The notes under the pieces are model-generated. The model was not told the origin of the DNA, made no database searches, and saw only the letters and a list, made by a program, of their open reading frames with translations. Made by a program: the position numbers and the translations under genes. A DNA stretch of 64,000 bases from Eledone cirrhosa (lineage: Eukaryota), in assembly GCA_964016885.1 (NCBI GenBank), contig OZ024747.1, forward strand, positions 14,818,001-14,882,000. The letters run 5' to 3'. Below, in pieces: positions 1-12,408 of this stretch (the stretch's first letter is position 1; each line of letters opens with the position of its first letter).

Positions 1-1
1 C

Positions 2-808
2 CAGCTCACACAGAAAAAAACACTGCTACCAACACCAACACCACCCCAACTACAACAACAAAAACAACCACAACAACAACAAAAACCAACAACCCCACCA
101 CCACCACCACAACAACAACAACAACAAACACGTGAAAAAATAACACAGAATACTGTCCCACCCAATCCCTCCCCACCCAAAACAAATACAAAAACACGCA
201 CACCGCAAACACTACCAGAAAACATACCCCTCCCACCCAACAAGGAAGACGAACCTCTTTCGTCGCAAGACGAAAAAGATCCCTTCCAACAAGTAAAAAG
301 AAAGAAGAGGAGACGCACCACAGACACACATGTTAACTTTAATCCCCCCCAAGAGAACACAAACTACACACAAACCACCCCTCCCTGTCACACAACACTA
401 ACTGCTACACAAAAAAAGACATTACAATACACATACATGAACACAGACAACAAAGAATTACGGAAAACAATTTCAGCAAACCCTTCGGTCCAAACCGAAG
501 GGCCAAACTTTATAACTGCTGTGGGACTACCTCATTTGAAAATGATAAAAGTCCCAATGCACTTGTACAAAACACTGAAAATAAATTTCACGGAGGACGT
601 GGGCCCCCCCTGCGCCAAACCAATCAACCGCGTCCTCCTAAAAAATTTCACCCCCCCACCTCACCCAGACACCCACTCAACGACAAACACCCCAACCCCA
701 CAACACACCGATGCCCCTTCACTTCCACAAACCACAACCCCACCCAACAACCCATCCCCAACCAGCATGGAAATTGAGCGGCCCGTTTCCCGGGACGCAG
801 AGAGGTAA
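2..808 (+). CDS. 3' part of ORF1 of a Tx1/L1-clade LINE (5' end outside window)
   Basis: Frame 2 reads without stops from position 2 through the listed 437-808 ORF. It is Q/P/T-rich low complexity with a basic NLS-like patch (FQQVKRKKRR) and stops 24 nt before the ORF2 ATG. Confidence 0.7.
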   Translation, partial: QLTQKKTLLPTPTPPQLQQQKQPQQQQKPTTPPPPPQQQQQQTREKITQNTVPPNPSPPKTNTKTRTPQTLPENIPLPPNKEDEPLSSQDEKDPFQQVKRKKRRRTTDTHVNFNPPQENTNYTQTTPPCHTTLTATQKKTLQYTYMNTDNKELRKTISANPSVQTEGPNFITAVGLPHLKMIKVPMHLYKTLKINFTEDVGPPCAKPINRVLLKNFTPPPHPDTHSTTNTPTPQHTDAPSLPQTTTPPNNPSPTSMEIERPVSRDAER

Positions 809-832
809 GTGCCTTTTCTCTTTACCACCAAC

Positions 833-3800
833 ATGGCTGTGCTAAGAGTAGGGTGTCTAAATGCGCGTGGCCTGGGCTCGTCTTGGAAGCAAGCAATGCT
901 TCTAAATGACCTCAGGTCACAATCTATAAATGTGATGGTTATCTGCGAGGCCCGGATCAGCAGCATGCGACAGCTAGCCCCCACCTTTGACGACTTTGAG
1001 ATGCACGCATCTCTCTGTCAGCCCGGAGGTGGGGGTGGGGTTGTCGTTCTGCTGCAAAAACATATGGGCCTTGCAACACAGATAGTTCACTTGGACCCAG
1101 GGGGTCGACTGGTGGTGCTGGACCTTGGCAGTGGTGAAGGTAGAGCCTTTAGGCTGATAGCCGCATATGCCCCTTTTGGGACAGAGCGGCCCGACTTTTT
1201 CCAGCGTCTGGAGTCTTTTCTAGGGACGTCCCGTTCCCTGCTTTTAGTGGGGGATTGGAATGGTATCCTGGATGCACGTTGGGACTATGCAGGGGCATGT
1301 CCCGATAGAGAGGGGTGCAACAGCCTCAAGGGGTTACTCGGCCGATTTGACCTGGCCGATAGATTTCGACTAGATTTTCCGACGGTGCCAACCTGGTCTT
1401 GGTCAAATCGCAGCGGATCATCTAGATCGTACCTAGATAGATTTTTAGTTAGAAATAAGGACAGGGACTTTTTAAGTTGTCCAGAAATGCTCATGGTTGG
1501 CTATTCAGACCACAAGTTGGTGACCTGCATGGTCAACCTTGATAGAACGCATAGACAGGGCCCCGGTTACTGGAAGCTCAACTTGTCCTTGCCGGCAAGT
1601 AGAGCCTACAGGAATCGGATTAGTACGTTAGTTAAGGAACGGTTGACTGGAGCGATCGTCAACAGCAGGTGGTGGGTATCTCTAAAGAGAGAGATTAGAG
1701 TAGTCTCGATTGAATTTAGTAAGGTTCTAGCTGCGGATAGGAATAGGAAGGAAAGGGAGCTAATAGATAGAGTAGAAGAGGCAATTAGAAGCGGCGACGT
1801 GGCCAGAGTGCTAGCGTCGAGAACGGCTTTGAGCCAGTTTTTCGACGCGAAGCACGAAGGCTGCGTTGTCCGAAGTAAAATACGTGCTCTAGGGAACGAG
1901 GGGGCCAAAGCTGTTAGCTGGGCCCGCGTGACAGAGGCCAACAGTGGAACTAAATCCACCATCCGGTCTTTGCGAGACCTGGATGGACGGGCGATTCTTG
2001 AGCCTAAGCAGATGTGTGAGGCCTTTCAAAGGCACTTTGCCCGACTGTTCGGGAGGGGCGGGGAGCCGGTTGGAAACGTGGACTTCGGTCCATACCTCGA
2101 CGGCCTGCCGCGCCTCTCGGACAGGGAGGCGAAGTCTTGCGAGGAGCCGATTTCGGCCGCTGAGATAGAGGACGTGCTGGGCCAATGCGGCAAACGCAAA
2201 TCCCCGGGTCTCGATGGTCTTCCTTACGAATTATATCTAGCTATGCCGGACTTGTTCCCCGATCTCCTCGAGGCGGTCTACTGCAACTGGCAACAGAACG
2301 GGAGAATTCCCTGTACTGTGACCAAGGGCGTAGTCACGCTAGTGAGGAAGGACGAGAACAAGGGGGACGAAATAAGTAACTTCAGGCCCATAACTCTGCT
2401 AAATACAGAGTTACAGATTTTGGCCAAGGTGCTAGCAAAGAGGTTGGCGCTTGTCGTGGGCAACCTGGTGGGAGATGCGCAGACATGCGCTATCCCGTCC
2501 AGGTCCATCCATGACAACCTCCACCTCATGCGATACATCATAGAGAGGGTTGGGAACGAACCCGGCTTTGGTGGGGCTCTGATCAACTTGGATCAATCTA
2601 AGGCGTTCGATAGGGTCGACCATGGTTACCTGGATGCGGTGCTAGCGGCGGCAGGCTTCGGACCCGTTTTCAGGGGCTGGATCACTGCTATGCACAGCAG
2701 CCGCATCTGCTCTAGGGTCAAGGTGAACGGCTACCTCTCGGAGCCGTTCAAAATCGCGCGGTCCATCCGACAAGGGTGCCCTCTCTCCTCCCTTCTGTAT
2801 GTGTTGACTCTCGAGCCACTACTGCGGAAGTTGGAGTTGTTGCAGGGCATCCCTTTGGAACCGGGATTGCGGAAAGCGGTGTCAGCCTACGCCGATGATG
2901 TGACAGTAATGGTGTCGACGGCCTCCGAAATCGAGGCGGTCGGCACCTTACTGGAGGAGTACGAAAAGTTCACAGGGGCTAAGCTGAACCGGGACAAGTC
3001 GATCGGTTTGCAACTCGGCACGTGGAGGGGCAGACCGATGCCCTCCGATGGCGTCGTCGGACGCTGGACGGAGGGCCCGGTGAAGTTGCTCGGGGTCTGG
3101 TTCGGACCGGACCTCCAAGTGGAGAAAAACTGGGCGGAGGTTACGAACAGGGTGTTTGCACTGACCCAGAAGTGGGCCAGTTGCAAACTATCCCTGAAAG
3201 GTCGGGCGGAGGTGGCGAACACTTATATAGCGTCCGTCATCTACTACCGCCTGACCGTAGTGCCCTGCCCAAGGGAAACCCTCACCAAGATGGAGCGCGC
3301 GCTCTTCCAATTCCTTTGGAAGGGGCGGGCTCCTATGGTGAGGAGATCCATCTGCTGTCAACACCCTTCGAAAGGAGGGCTGGGGATGCCGTGGCTAATG
3401 ATGCGTAAACACGCATTAAGGCTACGGCACCTCTACGTATTCCTCACCGGACAACCGGTGTGGGCCCCGTTTGTGAGACGAACCTTTCCCAGACTCGTCT
3501 CACTCACCGAACTGCAATCCTGGGTCAAGCAGAGACCGAGAAAACTGGGCGCCTGGCACACTGAGTGTGCCCAGGCGCTCACCGCCCTCTGGCAGGCGGA
3601 TCCGGTTATCAGTGGAGACTCCACCGCAACATTCTATAGAGGGCTGGTACGCAGCAGGTGCGACGACGCCCTCGGAGAAGCCCTAGACATGGAGGAGGAC
3701 GAACTGGCCAGCCTGTTCGGTAGGACATTCAGCCCGGGACCTATGGACAACTTCCAGAAGTCCCTGGCCTGGCAGTGCTACCGAGGGGCTTTACCCGTTC

Positions 3801-4270
3801 GAGAAAGGCTCTACAGACACGGGCGCCCGGGTAGGGACCCCGCCAAAAAGATCTGTCCCAGATGCGTGTGCGACGAGGAAACCGTTGCACACGCATTGGT
3901 ACACTGCTCGGGCGTAGCCGATCTGTGGGGCTATGTCGAACAACTGCTGTCAAGGGTGGGACCGATCCGGTTGACCACCGAGTCTATTGTAATGATCAAG
4001 CCGCCTCCCCCCTTCAAAGATGAAGCAGAGGCGGTGTTTCTGTGCGTAATAGCCATGGCGAAAGAGGTTGTATGGTGGACGCGTCTGAAAGGACTGAGGT
4101 CGGGCGCCTTTCTCTCTGGCCAACAACTGGTCCGTTTCTTCCGATATCATTTCGGAAGAAGGATCAGGATGGAGAGAGAGGTGCTGCACCCCAGTCGTTT
4201 TTATGAAAGGTGGGTGAAAGTGGCGAGAATGGCCCGTGTGAATGGGCCTTCTCTTTACATAAGCCTGTAG
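833..4270 (+). CDS. LINE ORF2: APE endonuclease + reverse transcriptase + C-terminal CCHC zinc knuckle (Tx1/L1 clade)
   Basis: Uninterrupted ORF, ATG at 833 (track uses GTG 809). APE motifs CLNARGL, GDWN, LDRFLV, SDH; RT motifs NFRPITLLN, LDQSKAFDRV, RQGCPLS, YADD; GYWKLN and KLSLKGR typical of Tx1; CPRC..ETVAHALVHC knuckle. Confidence 0.97.
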   Translation: MAVLRVGCLNARGLGSSWKQAMLLNDLRSQSINVMVICEARISSMRQLAPTFDDFEMHASLCQPGGGGGVVVLLQKHMGLATQIVHLDPGGRLVVLDLGSGEGRAFRLIAAYAPFGTERPDFFQRLESFLGTSRSLLLVGDWNGILDARWDYAGACPDREGCNSLKGLLGRFDLADRFRLDFPTVPTWSWSNRSGSSRSYLDRFLVRNKDRDFLSCPEMLMVGYSDHKLVTCMVNLDRTHRQGPGYWKLNLSLPASRAYRNRISTLVKERLTGAIVNSRWWVSLKREIRVVSIEFSKVLAADRNRKERELIDRVEEAIRSGDVARVLASRTALSQFFDAKHEGCVVRSKIRALGNEGAKAVSWARVTEANSGTKSTIRSLRDLDGRAILEPKQMCEAFQRHFARLFGRGGEPVGNVDFGPYLDGLPRLSDREAKSCEEPISAAEIEDVLGQCGKRKSPGLDGLPYELYLAMPDLFPDLLEAVYCNWQQNGRIPCTVTKGVVTLVRKDENKGDEISNFRPITLLNTELQILAKVLAKRLALVVGNLVGDAQTCAIPSRSIHDNLHLMRYIIERVGNEPGFGGALINLDQSKAFDRVDHGYLDAVLAAAGFGPVFRGWITAMHSSRICSRVKVNGYLSEPFKIARSIRQGCPLSSLLYVLTLEPLLRKLELLQGIPLEPGLRKAVSAYADDVTVMVSTASEIEAVGTLLEEYEKFTGAKLNRDKSIGLQLGTWRGRPMPSDGVVGRWTEGPVKLLGVWFGPDLQVEKNWAEVTNRVFALTQKWASCKLSLKGRAEVANTYIASVIYYRLTVVPCPRETLTKMERALFQFLWKGRAPMVRRSICCQHPSKGGLGMPWLMMRKHALRLRHLYVFLTGQPVWAPFVRRTFPRLVSLTELQSWVKQRPRKLGAWHTECAQALTALWQADPVISGDSTATFYRGLVRSRCDDALGEALDMEEDELASLFGRTFSPGPMDNFQKSLAWQCYRGALPVRERLYRHGRPGRDPAKKICPRCVCDEETVAHALVHCSGVADLWGYVEQLLSRVGPIRLTTESIVMIKPPPPFKDEAEAVFLCVIAMAKEVVWWTRLKGLRSGAFLSGQQLVRFFRYHFGRRIRMEREVLHPSRFYERWVKVARMARVNGPSLYISL

Positions 4271-4544
4271 GTGGAAAAGAGGAAGGAACGAGGGAGCACC
4301 CCCTCTCTGTGCTCCTGAGGAAAAGGGTTGCACACTTTTTTCGGGGGTGTGTGCGACCCCCCAAGGCGCCTCCTCTCTATTGAGGATTTTGTTAAAAATT
4401 TTATTTTTTGTTATATCTTATTTTATTTTTATATTTTGTTATTGCCTCCTCCTTATTGAGGACGCCTTTTTGTGTAAACTCCCCCCTTTGTACTTGTCCC
4501 ACTTTTGATGCCCTAGTGGCAAATAAAAGAAACTTATCTTTACT

Positions 4545-6030
4545 GTACCCCCACTAACACCTTCAACAACACACTACCCACACAAATTCATCAACATCAT
4601 TATAACCACCACCACCACTATCACGACCACCATGAGCACCTCCAACACCGCCGCCACCACGAGCACCATAACTACCACCACCACCACCATACCACCACTA
4701 CCACCACCACCAACACTACCACCAACACTACCACTACCACCACCACTACCATCACCACCACCAATACCACCACTATCATCAACACTACCAACACCACCAC
4801 TACAACCAACACTACCACTACCATACCACCACCACCAATAACACCACCATATCACCACTACCACCACCAGCAACACTACCGCCAACACTACCACTACCAC
4901 CACCACTACCATCACCACCACGAATAACACCACTACCACTACCATCACCATCAATACCACCAACCACCACCACCACTACCAACACTACTACCACAACTAC
5001 TACCACTACCACTTCCACCAACTCCACCATCAATACCACCACCATTACCACCACCACCACTACCACCACCACCATACCACCACCAACACCATAACCACTA
5101 CCACCACCACCACCACCACTACCATCACCACCACCAATACTACCACTACCACTACCATCACCATCAATACCACCAACCACCACCACCACTACCAACACTA
5201 CTACCACCACTACTAACACTACCACTTCCACCAACACCAACACCAATACCACCACCATTACCACCACCACCACCACCACTACTACCACCACCACCATACC
5301 ACCACCAACACCATAACCACTACCACCACCACCACCACCACCACCATTACCACCACCATTACCACCACTACCACTTCCACCAACACCACCACTAATACCA
5401 CCACCATTACCACCACCACCACCACCACTACCACCACCACCATACCACCACCAACACCATAACCACTACCACCACCACCACCATCGATACCACCAACCAC
5501 CACCACCACTACCAACACTACTACCACCACTACTACCACTACCACTTCCACCAACACCACCACCAATACCACCACCATTACCACCACCACCACCACTACC
5601 ACCACCACCATACCACCACCAACACCATAACCACTACCACCACCACCACCACCACTACCATCACCACCACCAATACCACCACTACCACTACCATCACCAT
5701 CGATACCACCAACCACCACCACCACTACTAACACTACCACTTCCACCAACACCACCACCAATACCACCACCATTACCACCACCACCACCACTACTACCAC
5801 CACCACCATACCACCACCACCACCATAACCACTACCACCACCACCACCACCAACAGTACTACGACGACCACCACCACCACCACCACTACCACCACCATAC
5901 CACCACCAACACCATAACCACCACCACCACCACCACCACGATACCACCACCAACACCATAACCACTACCACCACCACCACCACCACCACTACTACCACTA
6001 CCACCACCACCAACACCAACATTACTACTA
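4545..6030. repeat. (CCA/ACC)n-derived minisatellite with higher-order blocks
   Basis: About 1.5 kb of ACC/ACT/AAT triplets; the marker CATC(A/G)ATACCACCAACCACC recurs at about 4949, 5162, 5482 and 5698. Confidence 0.9.
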
Positions 6031-6419
6031 CAGCCAACGACTCTATCCTTATCAATACGTTGATTTCTCTCAGTCATATATGTACTAACTCACTGACTGA
6101 CCAAGTTTTGCACTCAATACTCCCCCGACCAGTTTTTTAGGTTTCGGTTTGTTTACCAATTGTCAATACATCTTTTGATAGCGCCACTATAACGCTGGTG
6201 TCAATTGTGTGTCCATTAAACATGCATTAACATGCGAAAGTGACGCTTGAATAGAAATAAAGAAAAAATATAGACATAAATATAAAAACAATAATAAAGA
6301 TCGGATAAAATAGAAAATAATATAAGAGGGGGGAGGGACCGAATTGAAACAATGAAAACAATATAATAAAATATAATAAAATATAATAAAATATAAAATT
6401 TAAAAACAAAAAAAATATA

Positions 6420-6446
6420 GAAATATATATATATGTGTATATATAG

Positions 6447-6485
<39 letters not shown>

Positions 6486-6490
6486 TAGAA

Positions 6491-6539
<49 letters not shown>

Positions 6540-6656
6540 GTAAACAAATGCTAAATACACAGATTATATTAGTATCATGAGCGGAAGAAACAGAATTGGT
6601 AATTGATGAATTCTGTGTGTATATATATTTGATGTATGTATATAGATATATATATG

Positions 6657-6743
<87 letters not shown>

Positions 6744-6851
6744 GGGGGGGGTATGTGTATATATATATGTGTGTGTATATAAATATGTATATACATATGT
6801 ATGCATATACATATATATATGCATATATATGTAAATGTATATATATATAAA

Positions 6852-6935
<84 letters not shown>
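6420..6935. repeat. Compound (TA)n/(GA)n microsatellite (representative of dozens in the window)
   Basis: Direct inspection. Confidence 0.95.
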
Positions 6936-6939
<4 letters not shown>

Positions 6940-9345
6940 GTGAGAAAAAAGAGAGACACATATATGTGTGTGTATGTATGTGTGTCGAACTATAGATGTA
7001 TATGTGTACAGTATGTGTGTAGATGCGTGTGTATTGTTTATTAGTGCTATTACTACTTTTGTGGTGGGTTTATTGTAGAACAGTATAAACAATGCTCAAT
7101 ACATTTTAGTATTGGAAGTGTGTAGAGTCTATTGTATGTATATATTGTAACCAGTATTACTCGCATCGTTATTAGTATCTAGCATGCAAACCACATTCTC
7201 CTTCTTTAATCTATACATGTTTCTCAGTAGACAATCTCCTTACCACCTATTCTCGCGACAATAAATATTTCTATATACTGCAGATCAAATGATTCCAAGG
7301 ACTATCTCTTCTCTAGTATTTGAGCCATCGATTGAACATAATTCGTGATAAACTTAGATCATTTCCCTACCACAACTTTATTTGATTCTCGAATTACGAA
7401 TTTCAAACCGGTCGTGCTGGTGTAGAAGGGGAATTGTTTGACATTATATGATGTCTGAAGTCTTTAGTATCCTCATCTAAATATCAGGGATGTTATTTGA
7501 TAAACCGGTAATATCAATAAACCTTTGAAATGGTCACTACAAATTACAAATAATATATTCTTTTGATATATAGTATATGGTTCTTTTATTAAGTACATAT
7601 TTAACTCAAGTATACTTACATATATGTATCCATTCATTATAATATTGTAAAAACAATGAAAGAACTTGTAAAAAAATACAAATTTGCAAAAACAAACACT
7701 GAAATACCCAGCGATTTATTTTCAGAAAAACACTTCTACGCTTCTCCAATGAAAGCAATAAATTACAATATGTGCACAAATGGCTGGTTGATGTATAAAG
7801 AAGGAATCTGACAAAATTCCGTCTGAAGAGACCAACATTCTTGTACGGTAGACTCAAACTATGCCAAGATGAGAGCTTTCAAATCACGGACAGGCCCTGA
7901 TTTCTGACCAAATATACCATCTATTCTTAGACAAAAAGCTGATCAGAATATTAAGCTACTGGTGGTTGGTAAAAGTCCATAGATTGAACAAATCAATTCT
8001 GAATTTCTAAAAGCGTGCAGTGGGGTGTGCAGTAAATGTAAAATCATTTACTAAACTATTCAATTTGATTCAATCAACTGTATGTTCTGAAACTTTGCAA
8101 GGAAGCTAAATTTTATGGTTTGTATCTCGTTGCTCATGAATCTCGTTGCTCATTTCTACAACCTATTTAAGTGTATATTCACTGACATCAGAAGTTGTCT
8201 ATACCCAGACGTCTAAGCTGCATATTAACAACGAAAGAACACTATTAAACAAACTATCTACCTCAACCAAGTAATCAAGGATTCAATAGAAACAGGCGAA
8301 GTTTGTACACACAGGTTGTTGTCTTCAACATGGGTTTATGATGACTACTTGAAAGGATATCTTTAAACAAAGCTTATAACAAATTACTCAATCTAACACG
8401 TGGAGATTCCAATGCTTCAATAAAGTGTGATACTAGCAACTTAAGATTTAGAGTTCTTCGGAAAGGTGTAAACAAAATATATATATTTACTGTTTTGCTG
8501 ATCTGCTCTGGCAAAGTATATTTGAAATATAAGATACAGAAAGCCTTATATGATTTTCAAAACAATGCAAATAGTAGCACAGTAATACCTACATAATACG
8601 TACTCTATTCTACAGGACGAAATGCACTATCTAGTAAAATCCCTCGTCCAAGACATGGAGGTCTTTCAAAACTATGTGATGCACCTTGTGACAAGCTCAT
8701 ATAAGCTTACAGACCACAAATGCATCAGTGATCTTCGATCTTAGGCCGACCTTAATCTCATCGCATCATATGTGACGTATTTCACACAAGAATTATTTTG
8801 ACACATTAAAATATCCACAAGAACACTGACCCATGAACTTCTTGAATGGCTGATTGAAAATAAAAGGAATTGTAGTGGATCTAAACGAAGATGAAGGAAA
8901 TAATTGCTGCATAATCGAACCTAAAACTGGGCATCAGTAAACACAAAAATAAATGGAATGTGCATCCATGTGTGGATGGGCAGTGTTTAAATTTGCAAGA
9001 AGGCAAATATGATTGATGTAATATTGTATTCTATCTGTAGGTTTGTGTATGTATGTGTGTGTATTGTACGTATCACACTTGTTTATCACATGTGTGAATT
9101 TATTCATAGATTTTTATAAATAATTCTGGAAATCAGAAAATATTAGTGAATTAGATTTTTCGTTAAATTCAATATTCTGTGTGCATATATATATATGTGT
9201 GTGTGTTTGTTCATTTGTTTATATCCCCCCACACAAACATACAGACACACACACACGCCGTGTGCGCATATATATATATATACATATATATATATTTATA
9301 TAGTTGATGAATGAAACAAAAAAAACACAGGAAGCAAAATTACAC

Positions 9346-9429
<84 letters not shown>

Positions 9430-9480
9430 GGATATATATATGGATATTAAAAAATGCTCAGATACGAACACTTGAATAAA

Positions 9481-9543
<63 letters not shown>

Positions 9544-9765
9544 TATATAAATATATATATATGTATATATATATATTTACATACGTGTATTTGTGGTCAA
9601 TATCTCACACCCTTAGCTTACATTTTCTATCTAATATCAGAAAATATTGTCGATTGGATAGGGTATTTCATATATATTTTACAGAATGTATGTAAGTATA
9701 TAAAAAAAAAGTATAATTGCACATTTATCTACATGTACGCGCATATGCACACACACACACATATA

Positions 9766-9810
<45 letters not shown>

Positions 9811-9957
9811 CTAAAATATACTTATTCAAATAAACATACACTCGTTTACAATCGCACTCATACACACGAATATACACACATGCATACATAGATTCGTACA
9901 CACATACATACATGCATATAAAGTACACATACACATATACAAATATGTGCATGTACA

Positions 9958-10014
<57 letters not shown>

Positions 10015-10108
10015 TATAGATGTATATGTGTGTGTATGTGTGTGTTCGTATGTTGTTATCACATGCAATATCTCGGATATTGGATCAGGAATATAAAATC
10101 CAAAAATA

Positions 10109-10159
<51 letters not shown>

Positions 10160-11127
10160 TACATATATATATATATGATTCATCGTGTAATAAATATTGG
10201 ATATTTCTGATTTATCTTATAATATTATTTCATATAATTTAAACCCACGGAAGAGAACTACTATTGATTATTTTTTCAACGAAGCAAAGAAAGCAAGAGA
10301 TGTAAGCATGCAATTGAATGTGCATCCATCAGTTTCGATAACGAATACTTCCGATGTTCTCAAAACGGAAGAGCATGTTCTTTAATTTAACGTGTAAATG
10401 ACTGAGTATTCCAACGACACCTGCGCCCTTAATATAATTCCATGGGAGATTAAAACTGACACGGTTTGTGTGAAAGCTGGCCCTTTGGATTATAGGTACA
10501 CTTCACACGACGCTACCCGAAACAGCGTTCGTCTACTTATTTCGCTCACAAGGGTTGTGGTTTGAGACGAGGATATGATAACATATCTTGACCAAGAAGC
10601 CACGCAGTAGAACTAAACGATAAATCCATGATGGTTAAACGAACATCTTATCCATTCAGCTATTCATTTACTTGCGAAAACTACAGATCTGTATAAATGT
10701 CAGATAAACCCAGCACAACAGAATCAACGGCTCTAGCGTTAGTGTACTGGAATGTAGGAATAATCTAGTCGGTGTTGAAATGCGTTGTAAGACAGCTGTG
10801 AAAGTAAGTCCTTCATTCTAGTCAAACCATCCATCTAGATGATGGCATACTAAAGCATTCAAACCTCTACAGTCTTTCAGATATGACTGGGTTAGACAGA
10901 CCCTGAAAGGTATAGGAAATCTTCTTATTGTCATGTGAGTTATACTTATACTAGTAAACTAAGGGAAACAACCGTGGTAGAAATGTCAATGTGGGCCACC
11001 GCGGAGAGTGGCTTCAGGTCTCCGGCATCTACTGGAATCTATTGACGCTAGATCCAAATGATTTCGGACAAGAAATTGCAGATGACTGTAGTCAAGTTAA
11101 TCCAGCTCATAAAGAGTTCATGCGGAA

Positions 11128-11536
11128 ATAATGGTTTCTTATATAGGCACAAGACCAGCAATTTTGGATGAGGGGAAAGTAGATTAAATCGATTCCAGTG
11201 CGTGACTGGTACTTTATTTTATTGACCCCGTATGGATGAAAGACAAAGTTAACCTCGGCGGAATTTGAATTCAGATCATAAAGAGCTGTAACTCTATGCT
11301 GCAAAGCATAGCGTCGGAGCCTCTACCGATACTGCCAATCCAGGAAATAATTGTTTCTACTTTAGGCACAAGGCCAGCAATTATCCAGTGCATTACTGGT
11401 ACTTTATTTTATCGACCCCGTAAGGATGAAAGGCAAAGTCAACCTCGGCGAAATTTGAAGTCAGATCGTAAAGGGACGTAACTATGCTGGAAAGCATGGC
11501 GTCCGACCCTCTACCGATACTGCCAATCCACCGCCC
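11128..11536 (-). mobile_element. Two head-to-tail tRNA-derived SINEs (family S)
   Basis: Reverse complement of the consensus GGGCGGTGGATTGGCAGTATCGG (A-box-like)..GAGTTCAAATCCC (B box)..GGGGTCGATAAAATAAAGTACCAG..GGCCTTGTGCC..GAAACAATTATT. Confidence 0.85.
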
Positions 11537-11721
11537 TATCCAGGAAATAATGAAGACAAGAATCATACCACAGCAGCCAGAATATCAACAGAAAAGGTTT
11601 TATAATGATCTAGTTACTCTTGAAATGGGAGTTTACATGGCTGGAGAGTCGTTGATAATCTGGGTTTTTCTAATATTAATAATAACATTCTATTCGTTTG
11701 CAATTATGCAAACAAGCCTCA

Positions 11722-12192
11722 ATTTTATAGCCATGTCAGTAGAATGAACCCTTCATTCTTGCTCTTGTGTTGGCATGTAAACAGAACTCCCTACACTAAT
11801 GTTTCTGGGTATCACCCTCCATCTATACAGCTCAGTCATGTAGAGCGAAAATGTTCCATTTTACTTGAATTTGGCAACGCCGGCCATTTATCATTCGTAT
11901 ACAGGAAACTGACTGGCCAGTCTCCTGATATGCAAATCTGGCTGATCAGTGGATCTGCTAATATGCAGATCTGACTGATCAGCCAGTCTGCTAATATGTA
12001 AATCAGGCCGATCAGTCACTGTGTATTTTTGAAAATAGCATATATTTTCACTAGCTCTGACAGATTGGCAGGTGAACAGTGAGTTGTACTAATGAAGGGT
12101 GATACCCAGAAACATTAGTGTCTGCAGTTCTGTTGACCTGCCAACACAAGAACAAGAATGTAGGGTTCATTTTACTGACATGGCTATAAAAT
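11722..12192. mobile_element. MITE-like element with long imperfect terminal inverted repeats and an internal ~30-bp tandem array
   Basis: ATTTTATAGCCATGTCAGTA..CTGGGTATCACCCT at left is mirrored by AGGGTGATACCCAG..TACTGACATGGCTATAAAAT at right over more than 100 bp. Confidence 0.8.
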
Positions 12193-12204
12193 AATACTAA
12201 TAAA

Positions 12205-12270
12205 TGTGAAGATCCCGTTAAGGTTGAAAGCAGCGATTCTTTGCCTAAACTTTAATCTCTTATTTTAATA
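12205..12270 (+). mobile_element. Short 3' fragment of repeat family X (Penelope pLTR-like)
   Basis: GAAGATCCCGTTAAGG.TGAAAGCAGCGATTCTTTGC.TAAACTTTAATC shared with 21070-21135, 37340-37421 and 63748-64000; ends in (TA)n. Confidence 0.75.
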
Positions 12271-12376
12271 TATATATATATACATATATAAAAGGTAAAC
12301 AGAAATAACAACACAATCGGTACAATATATGGAAGGGATATATTAGGCTAATACTTGATATATCAGAAAGAGGGTG

Positions 12377-12408
12377 TTAACGTTTCGGACGCTAATCCTT
12401 CATCAGAA
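12377..12408 (-). ncRNA. Minimal hammerhead ribozyme-like motif (Penelope-type)
   Basis: Minus strand: UU CUGAUGA A GGA uuagcg UCC GAAA CGUU AA. Stem I is only 2 bp. Lies in a TA-flanked insert at about 12290-12680. Confidence 0.55.

Larger units (their letters stand above)
1..4540 (+). mobile_element. Apparently intact Tx1/L1-clade non-LTR retrotransposon
   Basis: ORF1 + ORF2 + T-rich 3' UTR with AATAAA at 4522-4527, ending in ..GAAACTTATCT; clearly more GC-rich than the flanks. Confidence 0.92.

Noticed and set aside
1285-4364. Overlapping and antisense ORFs inside LINE ORF2
   Set aside because: Expected shadows of a GC-rich long ORF; no recognisable domains.
4574-6077. Poly-Val/Gly/Pro/Thr ORFs resembling mucins or glycine-rich proteins
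   Set aside because: Products of the (CCA)n minisatellite, with frequent frame breaks and no splice or start context.
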